Below, piece by piece: positions 39,744 to 50,114 of a stretch of DNA of 64,000 nucleotides; position 1 is the stretch's first letter, and every line of letters starts with the position of its first letter. The notes under the pieces were generated by a model. The model made no database searches. It had not been told where the DNA came from and saw only the letters and a list, made by a program, of their open reading frames with translations. The stretch is from an uncultured virus (IMG/VR IMGVR_UViG_3300048549_001676) (taxonomy: Duplodnaviria; Heunggongvirae; Uroviricota; Caudoviricetes): the IMG/VR virus record IMGVR_UViG_3300048549_001676. The stretch is one strand, 5' to 3'. The position numbers were made by a program, and so were the translations under genes.

Positions 39744-40598
39744 TTATAAGAACTTTCCACGCAAAGCATCTTTGTATGAGGACTTTGGTATTCTTCTCAA
39801 CAAACGATCATATTGCTGAACATCAATGAAGTTTTGTTCTAAGCAGATGCTTTCTAAGCACCCTATACACACCCCTTGCCTTCTTTGGATTGTTCTGATA
39901 TACGAAGATGTATCAAAGAAACTTTCGGCAGTTCCTGCGTCTAACCATGCACTTCCGTTGGGCATTACTTTTACTTTAAGATCACCTCGTTTCAAATACT
40001 CATTATTAACATCCGTAATCTCTAACTCACCTCGGTCAGATGGTTTTAAATTCTTTGAAATGTTTACCACATCATTATCGTAGAAATATAATCCAGTAAC
40101 TGCATAATTGCTTTTAGGTTTCTTTGGTTTTTCTTCTATGCTTAACGCAACGTTGTTTTTATCAAATTCAACAACTCCGTATCTTTCAGGGTCTTCCACA
40201 CGATAAGCAAACACTGTTCCTCCCGTTACTGGAGTTTCAATTTCAAAGAATTTATTCGAAGCATGAAAAAAGTTGTCACCCAAAATCAAACACACAGGAT
40301 CATTTTTAATAAAGTCTTCCGCAAGAATAAATGCTTCTGCAATTCCGTTGCTTTTTTCCTGATGAACATATTCAAATGAACATCCGAACTTTTTTCCATT
40401 ACCGAAAAGTTGTCGGAAAAACTTCAACCCGATGTCGTTAGAGATTATACATATTTCGTTGATACCGAATCTTAATAAACTCGATAACGAATAGTAAATC
40501 ATTGGTTTATCGTAAAGCATAAGCAATTGCTTGCTTGCTACACTCGTTGTTGGATACAAACGTGTACCACTTCCTCCTGCTAATATTATTCCTTTCAT
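39744..40598 (-). CDS. rfbA: glucose-1-phosphate thymidylyltransferase
   Basis: MKGIILAGGSGTRLYP, YDKPMIYY, LILGDN, EEKPKKPKSNYAVTGLYFYD, RGELEITD, AWLDAGT. Confidence 0.95.
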   Translation of the reverse strand: MKGIILAGGSGTRLYPTTSVASKQLLMLYDKPMIYYSLSSLLRFGINEICIISNDIGLKFFRQLFGNGKKFGCSFEYVHQEKSNGIAEAFILAEDFIKNDPVCLILGDNFFHASNKFFEIETPVTGGTVFAYRVEDPERYGVVEFDKNNVALSIEEKPKKPKSNYAVTGLYFYDNDVVNISKNLKPSDRGELEITDVNNEYLKRGDLKVKVMPNGSAWLDAGTAESFFDTSSYIRTIQRRQGVCIGCLESICLEQNFIDVQQYDRLLRRIPKSSYKDALRGKFL

Positions 40599-41395
40599 TT
40601 CAAAAACCAATGATTATATTTTTTCATTGTATCTACTTTATTTTCATATCCCTTCAGACAATTATAGTGTACGATATAAGGGTCTTTACGCAATCTTTGT
40701 TTCATCTTAAACCATTTGTTACCATTGGGGAACAAATCGGCAGAAAGACGATGCCACTTTAATGAATTACTAGGTTGCCAACCACTTTCAATGACTTTTT
40801 TTTGAACATCGTTTCTACTATATACTCTTGCCAAAGGTAGGTCTGATTCAACTGATAATCGTGCGTTGAGAAGTGGTTGGTCACAATTAAAATCTTTACA
40901 AAGTTCAGGTGTAAACTTAGTCAAATTTATTGTTTCTTCGCAAGATTTTGCATAATAAAAACCAGTACACCACATTAAATCTTTTGGACAATCAGTTTGA
41001 ATTACAAAATGATCATCTTTGGTTTCATTTATTAAATAATTTAACGGATTCTTTTGAAAAATTATATCGGTATCACTGAACAATACGTTGTGTCCCTGTC
41101 TAAGTGTATAATTTACACATTCAAATTTTTTAAATACGATGCCACCCCAACCTTCTCCAACCAATTCCACAAATTCCTTACTTGACTCTGAGAAGGAACT
41201 TTGAGTTGACCATAGAATGGATTTTATTTTAGGAAAGTCTTTGTTAAGTCTATCTTTAATATTTTGATCAAGTGCATAAACTATTATATGTTCATCTAAA
41301 TTATGACTTTTTAATGAAATTAACCAGTTTTTACAAAAGTCATAATATCCATCATTGCAAACTCCTACTATTACATTTTTTTTATCTATAATCAT
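40595..41395 (-). CDS. nucleotide-diphospho-sugar transferase (GT77-like)
   Basis: NWL.SL, VLFSDTDIIFQKNP, CTGFYY, CDQ, VHYNC.....K. Confidence 0.8.
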   Translation of the reverse strand: MIIDKKNVIVGVCNDGYYDFCKNWLISLKSHNLDEHIIVYALDQNIKDRLNKDFPKIKSILWSTQSSFSESSKEFVELVGEGWGGIVFKKFECVNYTLRQGHNVLFSDTDIIFQKNPLNYLINETKDDHFVIQTDCPKDLMWCTGFYYAKSCEETINLTKFTPELCKDFNCDQPLLNARLSVESDLPLARVYSRNDVQKKVIESGWQPSNSLKWHRLSADLFPNGNKWFKMKQRLRKDPYIVHYNCLKGYENKVDTMKKYNHWFLK

Positions 41396-41423
41396 TTTCA
41401 AAATTTCTCCTTTACGATAAGTA

Positions 41424-43037
41424 TCACTCATCATTATTATACAAATCATATAAATTAAAGTCTCGTATTATATCAGGATGTTTCAATATATTTTGATATT
41501 TCCTACCAATATTTGTATTTTTTTCCAACCAGAAACTATCATGTTGTTGATCATGTGAACAATTATATATGACCGCACGAAAATCAATTTCCTTTGATTT
41601 AGAACTTCTTCTGCTAAAATACCCAAATGTTTGTACGTGGTCACCGATAATTTCTTCCAAATATCTTGAATCGTTAATTATTTGAGAAATATCTTCTTGT
41701 TTGGTAAATTTAGTAATTTTTTTAAAATTAGGATTTTGATTTAAAAGATTTAGTTTAACAACATTTGATGTTCCACAACGAAAACTAAATTTCCACCCAT
41801 CACCTTTTGTACGTGTTTTTTTAATCATACCATTTTGTTTTAACTTAAAACCTTTTACAACTCTAAATACATCTGTATCGTTATTGTGATGTATATATTC
41901 GGCAATTCCACGATGAACAAAATCATCTGCATCAACAAACATTACATAATGATTCTCATCATCAGAGTGCTTCAATGCTTCACTAATTGCAACGGTATAT
42001 TTTGTTCCTTTATCAAAATTCGTTCTTTGTCTCTGTATTCCAGGAAAATGAAATGTTTCAAGTGATTCCCAATTCACTTCGATGAATTTTACATTTTTTA
42101 TTTTTTTGTTATCTGCAAATGTATTTAATGTTTTATTTGAAACAACAATAACATCAAAATTTTCATAGGTTTGGCCACAAACAGAAACTAACGTATTTTC
42201 AAGAAGTTTCCAATATTTTTCGTAATCCTTGCAGATGTAGTAAGGAACAACGGATAATATGAAAGTTATTTTGCATTGGTCATTTTCTTTTTTTTGAAAA
42301 TTATATTTACGCATTTGTCGTTCCAATGATTTCCACTTGAGTTTATATTTTCCATTCATATAAAACTCGAAATATTTTCGCATTTGCCTAGTTGCTCCTT
42401 TAAAATATTCAGTCCAACTCCATATTTTTGTTGCAGTTTGAGCACCAATATGTGTGACCAATTTTTTATCACTTACCCCTATTCTCCAATCATTCTCTTC
42501 ACATACAAACGCACATATAAAATGATGAGCATATCCAAATTTAATTTTGGAACTAAATCCTCCAATCTTTTCAATTAAATCTCTATGTATCAAGGGACAT
42601 TGAAAATCTACCCAAGGAACTAAACGAATTTCTTCTGATTTCCAGTTGCCCATTTGCGGATAAACAGTTTTAGTCTGTGTATTGACAAAATTTTCTATCA
42701 AACTAAATGATGCAATTTTTAAGTCATTTTTAAACATTTCATTTCTAAGAATTTTTACAAAATTTTCTCCTTCTATTATCAAATCACTATTCAAAAACAA
42801 CAAACTATCATATTCTGTATGTTCTATCATGTATTTAAATGCCCAATTCAGACCACCTCCGAAATATAAATTTTCGTTTGTATAAAGACTCGGATACTCA
42901 GAATCCTGATCTTTTTCTGCTCCGTTGTTTAATATAAACAAATCATAATCATCACTTTGAAATTGTTCAAGTGACTCATACAATGAATTTGTTAAATCCA
43001 ATGTGTTATAGTGTAATATTAAAACAAGAGTTTTCAT
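41424..43037 (-). CDS. tandem two-domain GT-A glycosyltransferase
   Basis: Domain 1 ILHYNT...FLNSDL; domain 2 SVCGQT...DKGTK...MFVDADDFVH. Confidence 0.78.
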   Translation of the reverse strand: MKTLVLILHYNTLDLTNSLYESLEQFQSDDYDLFILNNGAEKDQDSEYPSLYTNENLYFGGGLNWAFKYMIEHTEYDSLLFLNSDLIIEGENFVKILRNEMFKNDLKIASFSLIENFVNTQTKTVYPQMGNWKSEEIRLVPWVDFQCPLIHRDLIEKIGGFSSKIKFGYAHHFICAFVCEENDWRIGVSDKKLVTHIGAQTATKIWSWTEYFKGATRQMRKYFEFYMNGKYKLKWKSLERQMRKYNFQKKENDQCKITFILSVVPYYICKDYEKYWKLLENTLVSVCGQTYENFDVIVVSNKTLNTFADNKKIKNVKFIEVNWESLETFHFPGIQRQRTNFDKGTKYTVAISEALKHSDDENHYVMFVDADDFVHRGIAEYIHHNNDTDVFRVVKGFKLKQNGMIKKTRTKGDGWKFSFRCGTSNVVKLNLLNQNPNFKKITKFTKQEDISQIINDSRYLEEIIGDHVQTFGYFSRRSSKSKEIDFRAVIYNCSHDQQHDSFWLEKNTNIGRKYQNILKHPDIIRDFNLYDLYNNDE

Positions 43038-43963
43038 TTGTTTACCCCCAATCTTTGAAATGCAGTATTTTCACGGTTCCAATGACCACCCTTTTGAAAT
43101 TGACTTTCTAATGCAAAGTCATGAAGAACTTCAAGATTTTCATTAAACCATAAAGCAAACTCTCCTCCGGCAGCTGCACACTTGATAATTGAATTTGTTC
43201 TGCTTAAAAGTAATGTATCAATTAGCACGTCTTCTCCTTTTTTATAGGGACTTCCATTTTCAAGTTCAAATGCGGCTACATCATTATCACTTCGCAAACT
43301 ATCGTAAGTAAGCACTCGTTCATTGCCGTACTTATTTTTAAATAAATCAACATACTGTGTCTGATCCGTTGCAAGAAAAATGTGTACATCTTTTTGTGTA
43401 TCTAATATCTCGAAATACTTTTCAACGGAAGTTGCAGTTGCATAAGCAAAGTCAGTTCCACGAACATGACATCCTATAATATTCTTGTTATTAAAATTTT
43501 TATTTATGAAGTTGTCCACAATTTTTTGAATGTGTGGTTTAATCCGAACATACTTTTTCATCAGTTGCCGTGCAGTCTTGCGTTTACTTTCCAACCATTT
43601 TTTTGGATCACCTTTATGTTCGTCCCCTCCAATTTTTCTGTCACTTTTCCAGAATGTATCCACTCGGTCAGGATTCGGATGTGAGTTCTGATTGCGGAAC
43701 TGCCTATCCTTCAATGTACACTCAGATAGATCATTGCCAATCACATCTGCATATGAAATCTTCGCAACAGGTTCAAAATAATACTCCCACATATTTTCTC
43801 CGTAAGATTCTTCATAAAAAAAATTGCGGATGGAGTTATCAAAGTTGACAACAGGAATATAATCGTGTTGCTCTGCATAAAGAATGCCATTTAAAGCAAA
43901 CTTTATATATGCGGTGAAACCTGCGTTTTCATCACCAGATTTGATTATGAAGTGTTTATTCAT
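43034..43963 (-). CDS. NodZ/GT23-like fucosyltransferase
   Basis: NMWEYYFEP, IGCHVRGTD, IFLATD, GEDVLIDTLLLS. Confidence 0.8.
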   Translation of the reverse strand: MNKHFIIKSGDENAGFTAYIKFALNGILYAEQHDYIPVVNFDNSIRNFFYEESYGENMWEYYFEPVAKISYADVIGNDLSECTLKDRQFRNQNSHPNPDRVDTFWKSDRKIGGDEHKGDPKKWLESKRKTARQLMKKYVRIKPHIQKIVDNFINKNFNNKNIIGCHVRGTDFAYATATSVEKYFEILDTQKDVHIFLATDQTQYVDLFKNKYGNERVLTYDSLRSDNDVAAFELENGSPYKKGEDVLIDTLLLSRTNSIIKCAAAGGEFALWFNENLEVLHDFALESQFQKGGHWNRENTAFQRLGVNK

Positions 43964-44023
43964 TTATAAAAAAAATGTCCGTTTCATATTCCGTTGAATA
44001 ATCTAAATAATATGTTTTCACCT

Positions 44024-44869
44024 TTACTTTACCTCCACACGAATCCAATCTTCGCAAATTATATCCTCATCACTAAACTTTCTTTTTTTGTGCAAAGGAT
44101 GCCATTCTGTTGGAGCAATCACAATTTTCTCCTCGTTATTATTCAACCACGCACCCCACCAACTGAATGTGGAGTTTGCGATTACATTGTGTTCGCACAT
44201 ACTCATTAAATGAATATCCATATAATCTTTCTCTCCACGAACAAAAGTTACATTGGCATCAAACTCAGACAAATCTAGATTCTCTTCAACCCAGTCAACT
44301 GCATCTGAGAATATTACAATGTTGTTGATCGTCTTATCCATTTCCAAAATTTTGCGAATCGCATTTGGATAGTAAGTGTTCAAATCCTCAAACAAACAAT
44401 AATAAGCAGAACTATATGTGTCGGCATTATCACGACCTTTGCGGATATGAAGTGAGACACTATTTTTTAAAACATCGGCATATTTGCTTTCAAGATATTG
44501 TTTCTCGTCAGGAAGTGGTTCAAACATTTTTTGAATTTCTTTTTTGTATTCCGCAAAATATTTTTCACTTTGACGAAATCCACGCATCTGAACATTTTTG
44601 TTTGGATAAAATGGTATTTCCTGATAACGGAATCCCAATGACTTCGGTTCTTCCAAAAACTCTTCAATTTCAAAATCTACTTCATCATTAAATGGGATAT
44701 TTGGAAACACCTTCAACAAAGACTCTCTTCCTTTGTCGTGATTTCTTGATATTTGATTGCTTTTGACAATAGGTGTTAGATTGTGTTTCCACGCATAAGC
44801 AAACAATGCAGAAACGCAAAACATTTGATTTGCAAGTAGTCCTTTTAAATGTATGTTAATGTAGTTCAT
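44024..44869 (-). CDS. GT11 alpha-1,2-fucosyltransferase-like
   Basis: GLLANQMF, GFRQSEKYF, SLHIRKG, IFSD, LMSMCEHNVIANSTFSWWGAWL. Confidence 0.9.
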   Translation of the reverse strand: MNYINIHLKGLLANQMFCVSALFAYAWKHNLTPIVKSNQISRNHDKGRESLLKVFPNIPFNDEVDFEIEEFLEEPKSLGFRYQEIPFYPNKNVQMRGFRQSEKYFAEYKKEIQKMFEPLPDEKQYLESKYADVLKNSVSLHIRKGRDNADTYSSAYYCLFEDLNTYYPNAIRKILEMDKTINNIVIFSDAVDWVEENLDLSEFDANVTFVRGEKDYMDIHLMSMCEHNVIANSTFSWWGAWLNNNEEKIVIAPTEWHPLHKKRKFSDEDIICEDWIRVEVK

Positions 44870-44881
44870 TTCCTATTTTCA

Positions 44882-44965
44882 TTAATTGCATTTGTGTGAT
44901 CTATCGGGACGAGAATCAAGATTGATGCAAAATATTTTATCAAAATAATTAAATGGATTTTTCAT
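44882..44965 (-). pseudogene. 27-codon remnant of a GT25 gene N-terminus
   Basis: MKNPFNYFDKIFCINLDSRPDRSHKCN*; same start as the four GT25 genes at 52-56 kb; ATGA-coupled to upstream gene. Confidence 0.75.
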
Positions 44966-45732
44966 CTATAATGGTTCTCCCCAATTTCGGTGTAATGGCC
45001 GATAAGTTCTTGTTTGTTCATTTGCTTGAAAACGGCAATCTTTTCCACCATTTCTTTCCATTGTTTTTTGTCGTTAATTCGTGCAAGTCTTCTATGTGCT
45101 TTGGTGTCGTGATCAAGATGATACATATCGTAAGGTGACCTTCCAATCTTTAAATCAAACTTATCCACCTTGCTTCGCATTAATTCATCTTCAGGACACC
45201 AAGAACCAATTGACGGTTCCCACCCATACACTTGATAAAAACCTTTTCTAGACATGATACAAACTCCTCCAGCACCATTGTCAGCAACTCTTGGACGATT
45301 TCTTCCTAACCAAGATTCGTCAAGGTTGTCACCTGCAATCACCTTCTTTGTTCCGTCACGTGAAATGTTAAGAAATTTTTGTGAAGGAACAAAGAAATCA
45401 TATCCATTTACAAGTTTCTCAAAGTTCTTTAGCAAATCTTCATGCAACATAATATCATTATCTGAGAATATAAGGTAATCTCCATTAGTTACTTTTGCTC
45501 CTTCGTTGAATCCATAACCACGACTATAATCAAATGGTTCAGGTGTTTTTCTAAGTATATGTCGTATTGATACATCTCCGCCGATGTCCGACAAATCTGA
45601 CTCGGTATTCTGTTCAACAATAGTTATTTTTGCACTTGGAAGCAATTTCTGATATCGTGCTATAATAAACTTAAGATTCCTATCACGTGAATCATGTGTA
45701 TTTGAATGTCCTATGATTACGTCAATTTTCAT
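44962..45732 (-). CDS. GT2/GT7-like glycosyltransferase
   Basis: R.RNL, IVEQ, FNEGA, IFSDND, GGV...F....G...WCPEDE, YHLDH. Confidence 0.8.
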   Translation of the reverse strand: MKIDVIIGHSNTHDSRDRNLKFIIARYQKLLPSAKITIVEQNTESDLSDIGGDVSIRHILRKTPEPFDYSRGYGFNEGAKVTNGDYLIFSDNDIMLHEDLLKNFEKLVNGYDFFVPSQKFLNISRDGTKKVIAGDNLDESWLGRNRPRVADNGAGGVCIMSRKGFYQVYGWEPSIGSWCPEDELMRSKVDKFDLKIGRSPYDMYHLDHDTKAHRRLARINDKKQWKEMVEKIAVFKQMNKQELIGHYTEIGENHYR

Positions 45733-46574
45733 AAATTGCTTTTCTTTTCAATGTTAGTATCCAACGAGTCTTGCAATAACTCTACTTCATCTGTTAACCC
45801 AAGTGTAGTTTGAAAAATCTTACAATCAAAGTCTATTTGAATATTGCCATAGTTTTTACCAAATAATATTTGGAAATGCTTTTGGTCGGCTTGTGGTATT
45901 TTTAGTTTTGATGTACAATACTTTTTCATAAGATTTGAATTAATATTATGATAGTCTTTCATAAGATTTAAGTAAAAGTCTACCTCTGCAATAAATAATC
46001 CACTGTTTAAAAAACAAAATTTACTTTTATTTACATTAAAATCACTTCTCAAAATTAATTTATCATATATACTTCCTAAATCAGAAGGATATAATAATTG
46101 CTCGGCGTTAAATAACAATTTACAATCAAAATCTTTTTCAAAAGTCTCAACTATTCTGTTTGGATGTTTTACCAAAAAAACATCACTGCAATCCCACCCG
46201 ATTACATATTTCAAAGATGGATTGTTTAGCAAAAAGTTTTCCATAGCAAACGGTTTAAAATTAAGCAACATCCTTCGGTATTCTTGACTCTTCTTTGGTG
46301 ATACTCGTTCAATATCATGGTTTTGGTAATAGATATTATTTACACTTATTCCAAAAAATTCGGCCGATTCCTCAATCATCGTTTTTGTTTGGTAACCGTG
46401 CATAAAAAATGCTAATGCCACGTCACTTCTTAAGTCTTCTTTTGGAGGTTTAGTTAATTTAAAATTGTTTTTTACCTCGGCCCATAGGTTATATCCAACT
46501 TTGTTTTGTTCCGATCCCCCATTTAAATGGAACACACATGGTTCTGTGTTTGTGTGTTTGTTTATAATTTTCAT
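45729..46574 (-). CDS. PLOD/LH3-type GT-A glycosyltransferase, circularly permuted
   Basis: DCSDV, LLFNAE..YP, FLNSGLFI, DQ, IDFDCKIFQT; HLNG motif at the N-terminus. Confidence 0.7.
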   Translation of the reverse strand: MKIINKHTNTEPCVFHLNGGSEQNKVGYNLWAEVKNNFKLTKPPKEDLRSDVALAFFMHGYQTKTMIEESAEFFGISVNNIYYQNHDIERVSPKKSQEYRRMLLNFKPFAMENFLLNNPSLKYVIGWDCSDVFLVKHPNRIVETFEKDFDCKLLFNAEQLLYPSDLGSIYDKLILRSDFNVNKSKFCFLNSGLFIAEVDFYLNLMKDYHNINSNLMKKYCTSKLKIPQADQKHFQILFGKNYGNIQIDFDCKIFQTTLGLTDEVELLQDSLDTNIEKKSNL

Positions 46575-47542
46575 AATGGTAAAAATTTATTTATTTTATG
46601 TTGTTTATATGCATTAATAAAGTCTTCTGTATTTTCTTCAAATCTTTTATATTGTCTTTCTAGAAATTCATCACCCCACTTCATCCCCCAATTTTCAAAA
46701 TTAGGATTTCTACTTCCTTCAAATGTAGTCATTGTTTCTGGCCAGCTGATATTTGGGCAAGTTTCTCTAACATAATTGAATATCATGTCATCATTTTGCC
46801 AGTGAAAATTTTTTGTTTTCCAATTCCAAGTTTCATCATCATCTACCTCAACTTCAAGAGATTTTAATAATCTTCTGCATAAAATCCAATAATAGTGCAT
46901 CGTAGGATGATTATTGCAAATACCAAGTTGAGTTTCTTGCCAAGTTTCTATTACATCAGACATTCCAATAATTTCGTTTCCAAGATTTACTTGCTCAGTT
47001 TGTCTTCTTTTTAATTCAGCAATATCATCTTTTGCTACTTTTAATGTAAAGTCAGTTGTTTCTTGTGAATGCTCGGTTTCTAACCAATGCTTTGCTTCTT
47101 CTGGTGATTTATTGTTTGCAAATAAATAAAATAACATTGCTCTGAAATTATATGATCGTTTTGTACCTTTTTCATTTTTAAGATTTGCAATTGGTTCACT
47201 TGTAAGGTAACAAGGTGCATATCCTCTAAAAAAATAATTAAACAACCAAATACTTCTTCCATTTGTATGTTGCTTCAAATAGTCACTTGAAAAATGTTTA
47301 CCACGAAAATTTTCTGAAATTTTTTGGTGAATAAAAATGTCCACATCTTTTAAATTGGTTATCATTCTACGCAAATCTCGTTTAATTTGCATATTTGGAG
47401 CATACCAAGTAGGACATTTTCTTCCTCCTGATTTAAACCCAACGAGTTTATATTTTTCAGTGAATTTTGGATTTGCCCACAACATCCACCCAAGAACCTT
47501 GGTATGACAATTTCCGTATAAATATACAAGTTTTTTGCTCAT
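46571..47542 (-). CDS. WcbI-family polysaccharide biosynthesis protein
   Basis: LYGNCH, DIFIHQ, FFRGY.P, EL.RR, NHPT motifs. Confidence 0.72.
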   Translation of the reverse strand: MSKKLVYLYGNCHTKVLGWMLWANPKFTEKYKLVGFKSGGRKCPTWYAPNMQIKRDLRRMITNLKDVDIFIHQKISENFRGKHFSSDYLKQHTNGRSIWLFNYFFRGYAPCYLTSEPIANLKNEKGTKRSYNFRAMLFYLFANNKSPEEAKHWLETEHSQETTDFTLKVAKDDIAELKRRQTEQVNLGNEIIGMSDVIETWQETQLGICNNHPTMHYYWILCRRLLKSLEVEVDDDETWNWKTKNFHWQNDDMIFNYVRETCPNISWPETMTTFEGSRNPNFENWGMKWGDEFLERQYKRFEENTEDFINAYKQHKINKFLPL

Positions 47543-48456
47543 GAATAAAATCCTTTCACCTTTTCAAGTTTAATTCCACCCCACAAAGCAGCCAAAAAAC
47601 TGAACGACGATGTATCGGTTTGAATGATTTTTTTAGTTTTCATTAAAGTCAAAATTTCGATTAACGCATCAATCACTCCTTGTTCAGAACTGGTAGACTG
47701 ATAATCTTCTTTGTATCCGAAGTCGTAGGTAAATAAGTCCTGACCATATTTTTCCATATAAGTTTTTTTAACCTCTGCTTCGTCACTACACAAATAAACT
47801 AAATTTTTCTTGGATATCTCTCTCTCAATGATTTCATCAAATTTACTCAAGTCAACCTGTGGTCGTGTGGAGTAAGAACCATACATTTTCAAATGAGTTT
47901 CATTATCGAAATCAGAACGTCTGATGTGAACTCCCACAACATCTCTAGAAAATGATTGAACTCTATTCATTATGCTTGACTTCACTTCCAGTGAATTCAA
48001 TGCCCTTCTTAGTTGTTCACAATATTTAGAAATTATTTTATTTTCGGCAATCATGTCAAACGAAATGTCTTCACATTCAGAACAAGGTGGGTATACATTT
48101 TTTGTGCATCTGACATTAAAAAACTCAACATCATGTTCATTTCCAATATACTCAATGTTCTTTCCACGAAATCTTCGTTTCCACATATTACCTGTACAAA
48201 ACTTTTCGTAACTAACTTCGTTTTCTTTTATATAAAATCTATAATCCTCTATATCTTTCAAAAAGAAATCATTATCAAAAAGTTTTTCAAATTTACACTC
48301 ACAATGACTTAACTTACGTATAGCTGCAGTTCCCCCTGTATGCCAGATCATCTCAAACTTTCTATTGGTGTTTTTTGCATAGACAAGGGCCGAAGCAATA
48401 GTCAACAACCGATTTCCAAGACCACACCCAACTCCGTATATTACAAGTTTTTTCAC
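47539..48456 (-). CDS. fucosyltransferase-like GT-B protein
   Basis: GLGNRL, GVHIRRSD, YLCSD, ALIE...L...SSFS. Confidence 0.78.
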   Translation of the reverse strand: MKKLVIYGVGCGLGNRLLTIASALVYAKNTNRKFEMIWHTGGTAAIRKLSHCECKFEKLFDNDFFLKDIEDYRFYIKENEVSYEKFCTGNMWKRRFRGKNIEYIGNEHDVEFFNVRCTKNVYPPCSECEDISFDMIAENKIISKYCEQLRRALNSLEVKSSIMNRVQSFSRDVVGVHIRRSDFDNETHLKMYGSYSTRPQVDLSKFDEIIEREISKKNLVYLCSDEAEVKKTYMEKYGQDLFTYDFGYKEDYQSTSSEQGVIDALIEILTLMKTKKIIQTDTSSFSFLAALWGGIKLEKVKGFYS

Positions 48457-49113
48457 TTATATGATGTCTCCGTATTTACTTTTATTTATTGCAAGTGTAT
48501 CATTATCTCCACTACCACCAATACAATAGTATCCATTTTTTTCCAAAAATTTATATGTAATTTTTTTATCAATTTTGTCACTCTCAAAATGAATAACATC
48601 AGGAGATATATCATTAAAATCAATACCTTTAATTATTTCAAAATCATGCCCCTCTGCATCTATCTGAAGTAAATCTACGTGTGATAGTTTGTATTTCTTT
48701 ACCAAATCGGCAAACGTAATTAGTTTGACCGATTGTGTTTTTATATGTTCACAAATTTTACCACGTTTTTTGTTATAACAAAAATCCATACCCGCACTTC
48801 CCATTGCTTCGGGTGAAATCTTACTTTTTACATACTTGGAAGCATACTTCTTTGGAAAGTATTTAAAATCTGACACACCGGTTTTGGATGAAACTCCCAA
48901 ATTCTCAAAAATTAGATTATCACAACCTTTGTAATTTTCTACAAGTAACTCAAAATAATCGGTAATCGGTTCTATCAAAATTCCTTTCCAATTATATTTT
49001 AATACAAACTCATTTATAGGGTCAAATGATACTCCATCGTGTGCTCCGACTTGAATAAAAAAGAAATCTTCACGATTACCAAATTTTTGTATTATTTTTT
49101 TAAGATTATTCAT
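48457..49113 (-). CDS. FkbM-family SAM-dependent methyltransferase
   Basis: FIQVGAHDG...DPI, GILIEP, DLLQIDAEGHDFEII. Confidence 0.9.
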   Translation of the reverse strand: MNNLKKIIQKFGNREDFFFIQVGAHDGVSFDPINEFVLKYNWKGILIEPITDYFELLVENYKGCDNLIFENLGVSSKTGVSDFKYFPKKYASKYVKSKISPEAMGSAGMDFCYNKKRGKICEHIKTQSVKLITFADLVKKYKLSHVDLLQIDAEGHDFEIIKGIDFNDISPDVIHFESDKIDKKITYKFLEKNGYYCIGGSGDNDTLAINKSKYGDII

Positions 49114-50114
49114 TAAATCACATCCTTCATTTTATCCAAAGTTTCGTTGCCACCGGGTCTCTGACTATCCACGTGCTTCATTTCTGAATTCAATAACAAA
49201 GCAACATGAGCAAATCCACTTGCGTTATGTAACAAATAATCGCACTTGCTCAACAAATACATTTCAGCAATTGCATCTTCTCCGTTTTGAGCTGCTTTTG
49301 CTCCATCGTCACAAAGATAAGTCGGCATCATAGCATCACCCTTTGTATTATCACCACTTTTGCCAACATCCTGCTCTTCCTGACGAAACGTATCATACTC
49401 AACGATAGCATCATTAAATTCGTTTTTAACGATATTAAACAACTTCGCATCATCACTTGCAACAAACACTTTTCCTTCATCTCCACACTTGTTAATAAAT
49501 ATTCGTATGCAGTTAATATAATTCTGTATATCGAACCTCTTTCTCCATCTTTCCGCATTATTCACAAGTGCATCTGTTCCACGAATGTGAACACCAAGAA
49601 CTTTGTTTGCGTCTGCTAGATTTTCTGTGAAAAAGTCGTTGATTTTATCATTGAGATACATTCTGAGTTTGAAGTATTTGTTGATGATTACATTTGCTTT
49701 TTCACGATGACCATCTTCATAAACCTCAGGAATCAAATGTGGAGGAACAATCATAGTGTGTCCCATTTTTCTATCTCCGTAATGACAACACATTTTGTTA
49801 CGATTACTCAACTTAACGAACCTACTATTATTAAGTTTCTTGGGTTCTGTGTTTTCGTATGCGTTTGCTATTTCCAATTTATTTTGTTCTGATATGCACG
49901 AAGTATCCACAGTTTCTACAACAGGACGAAAATAATATTCCCAAACATTGTCTTTGTTTTGATGACCTTCTGGATTATAATAAACGCATTGATTCTTGAA
50001 GTAAACGATTGGTGTTCCAAGTTCTTCTTTTTCACAACGATTTAGTGCGTTGATTACCTGAAAGAATAAACTTGCAAGTCCAACATCACGTTCTGTTATT
50101 ATGTATTGTTTCAT
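49113..50114 (-). CDS. NodZ/GT23-like fucosyltransferase
   Basis: NVWEYYFRP, LGVHIRGTD, VFVASD, GEDAIAEMYLLSKCD. Confidence 0.8.
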   Translation of the reverse strand: MKQYIITERDVGLASLFFQVINALNRCEKEELGTPIVYFKNQCVYYNPEGHQNKDNVWEYYFRPVVETVDTSCISEQNKLEIANAYENTEPKKLNNSRFVKLSNRNKMCCHYGDRKMGHTMIVPPHLIPEVYEDGHREKANVIINKYFKLRMYLNDKINDFFTENLADANKVLGVHIRGTDALVNNAERWRKRFDIQNYINCIRIFINKCGDEGKVFVASDDAKLFNIVKNEFNDAIVEYDTFRQEEQDVGKSGDNTKGDAMMPTYLCDDGAKAAQNGEDAIAEMYLLSKCDYLLHNASGFAHVALLLNSEMKHVDSQRPGGNETLDKMKDVI

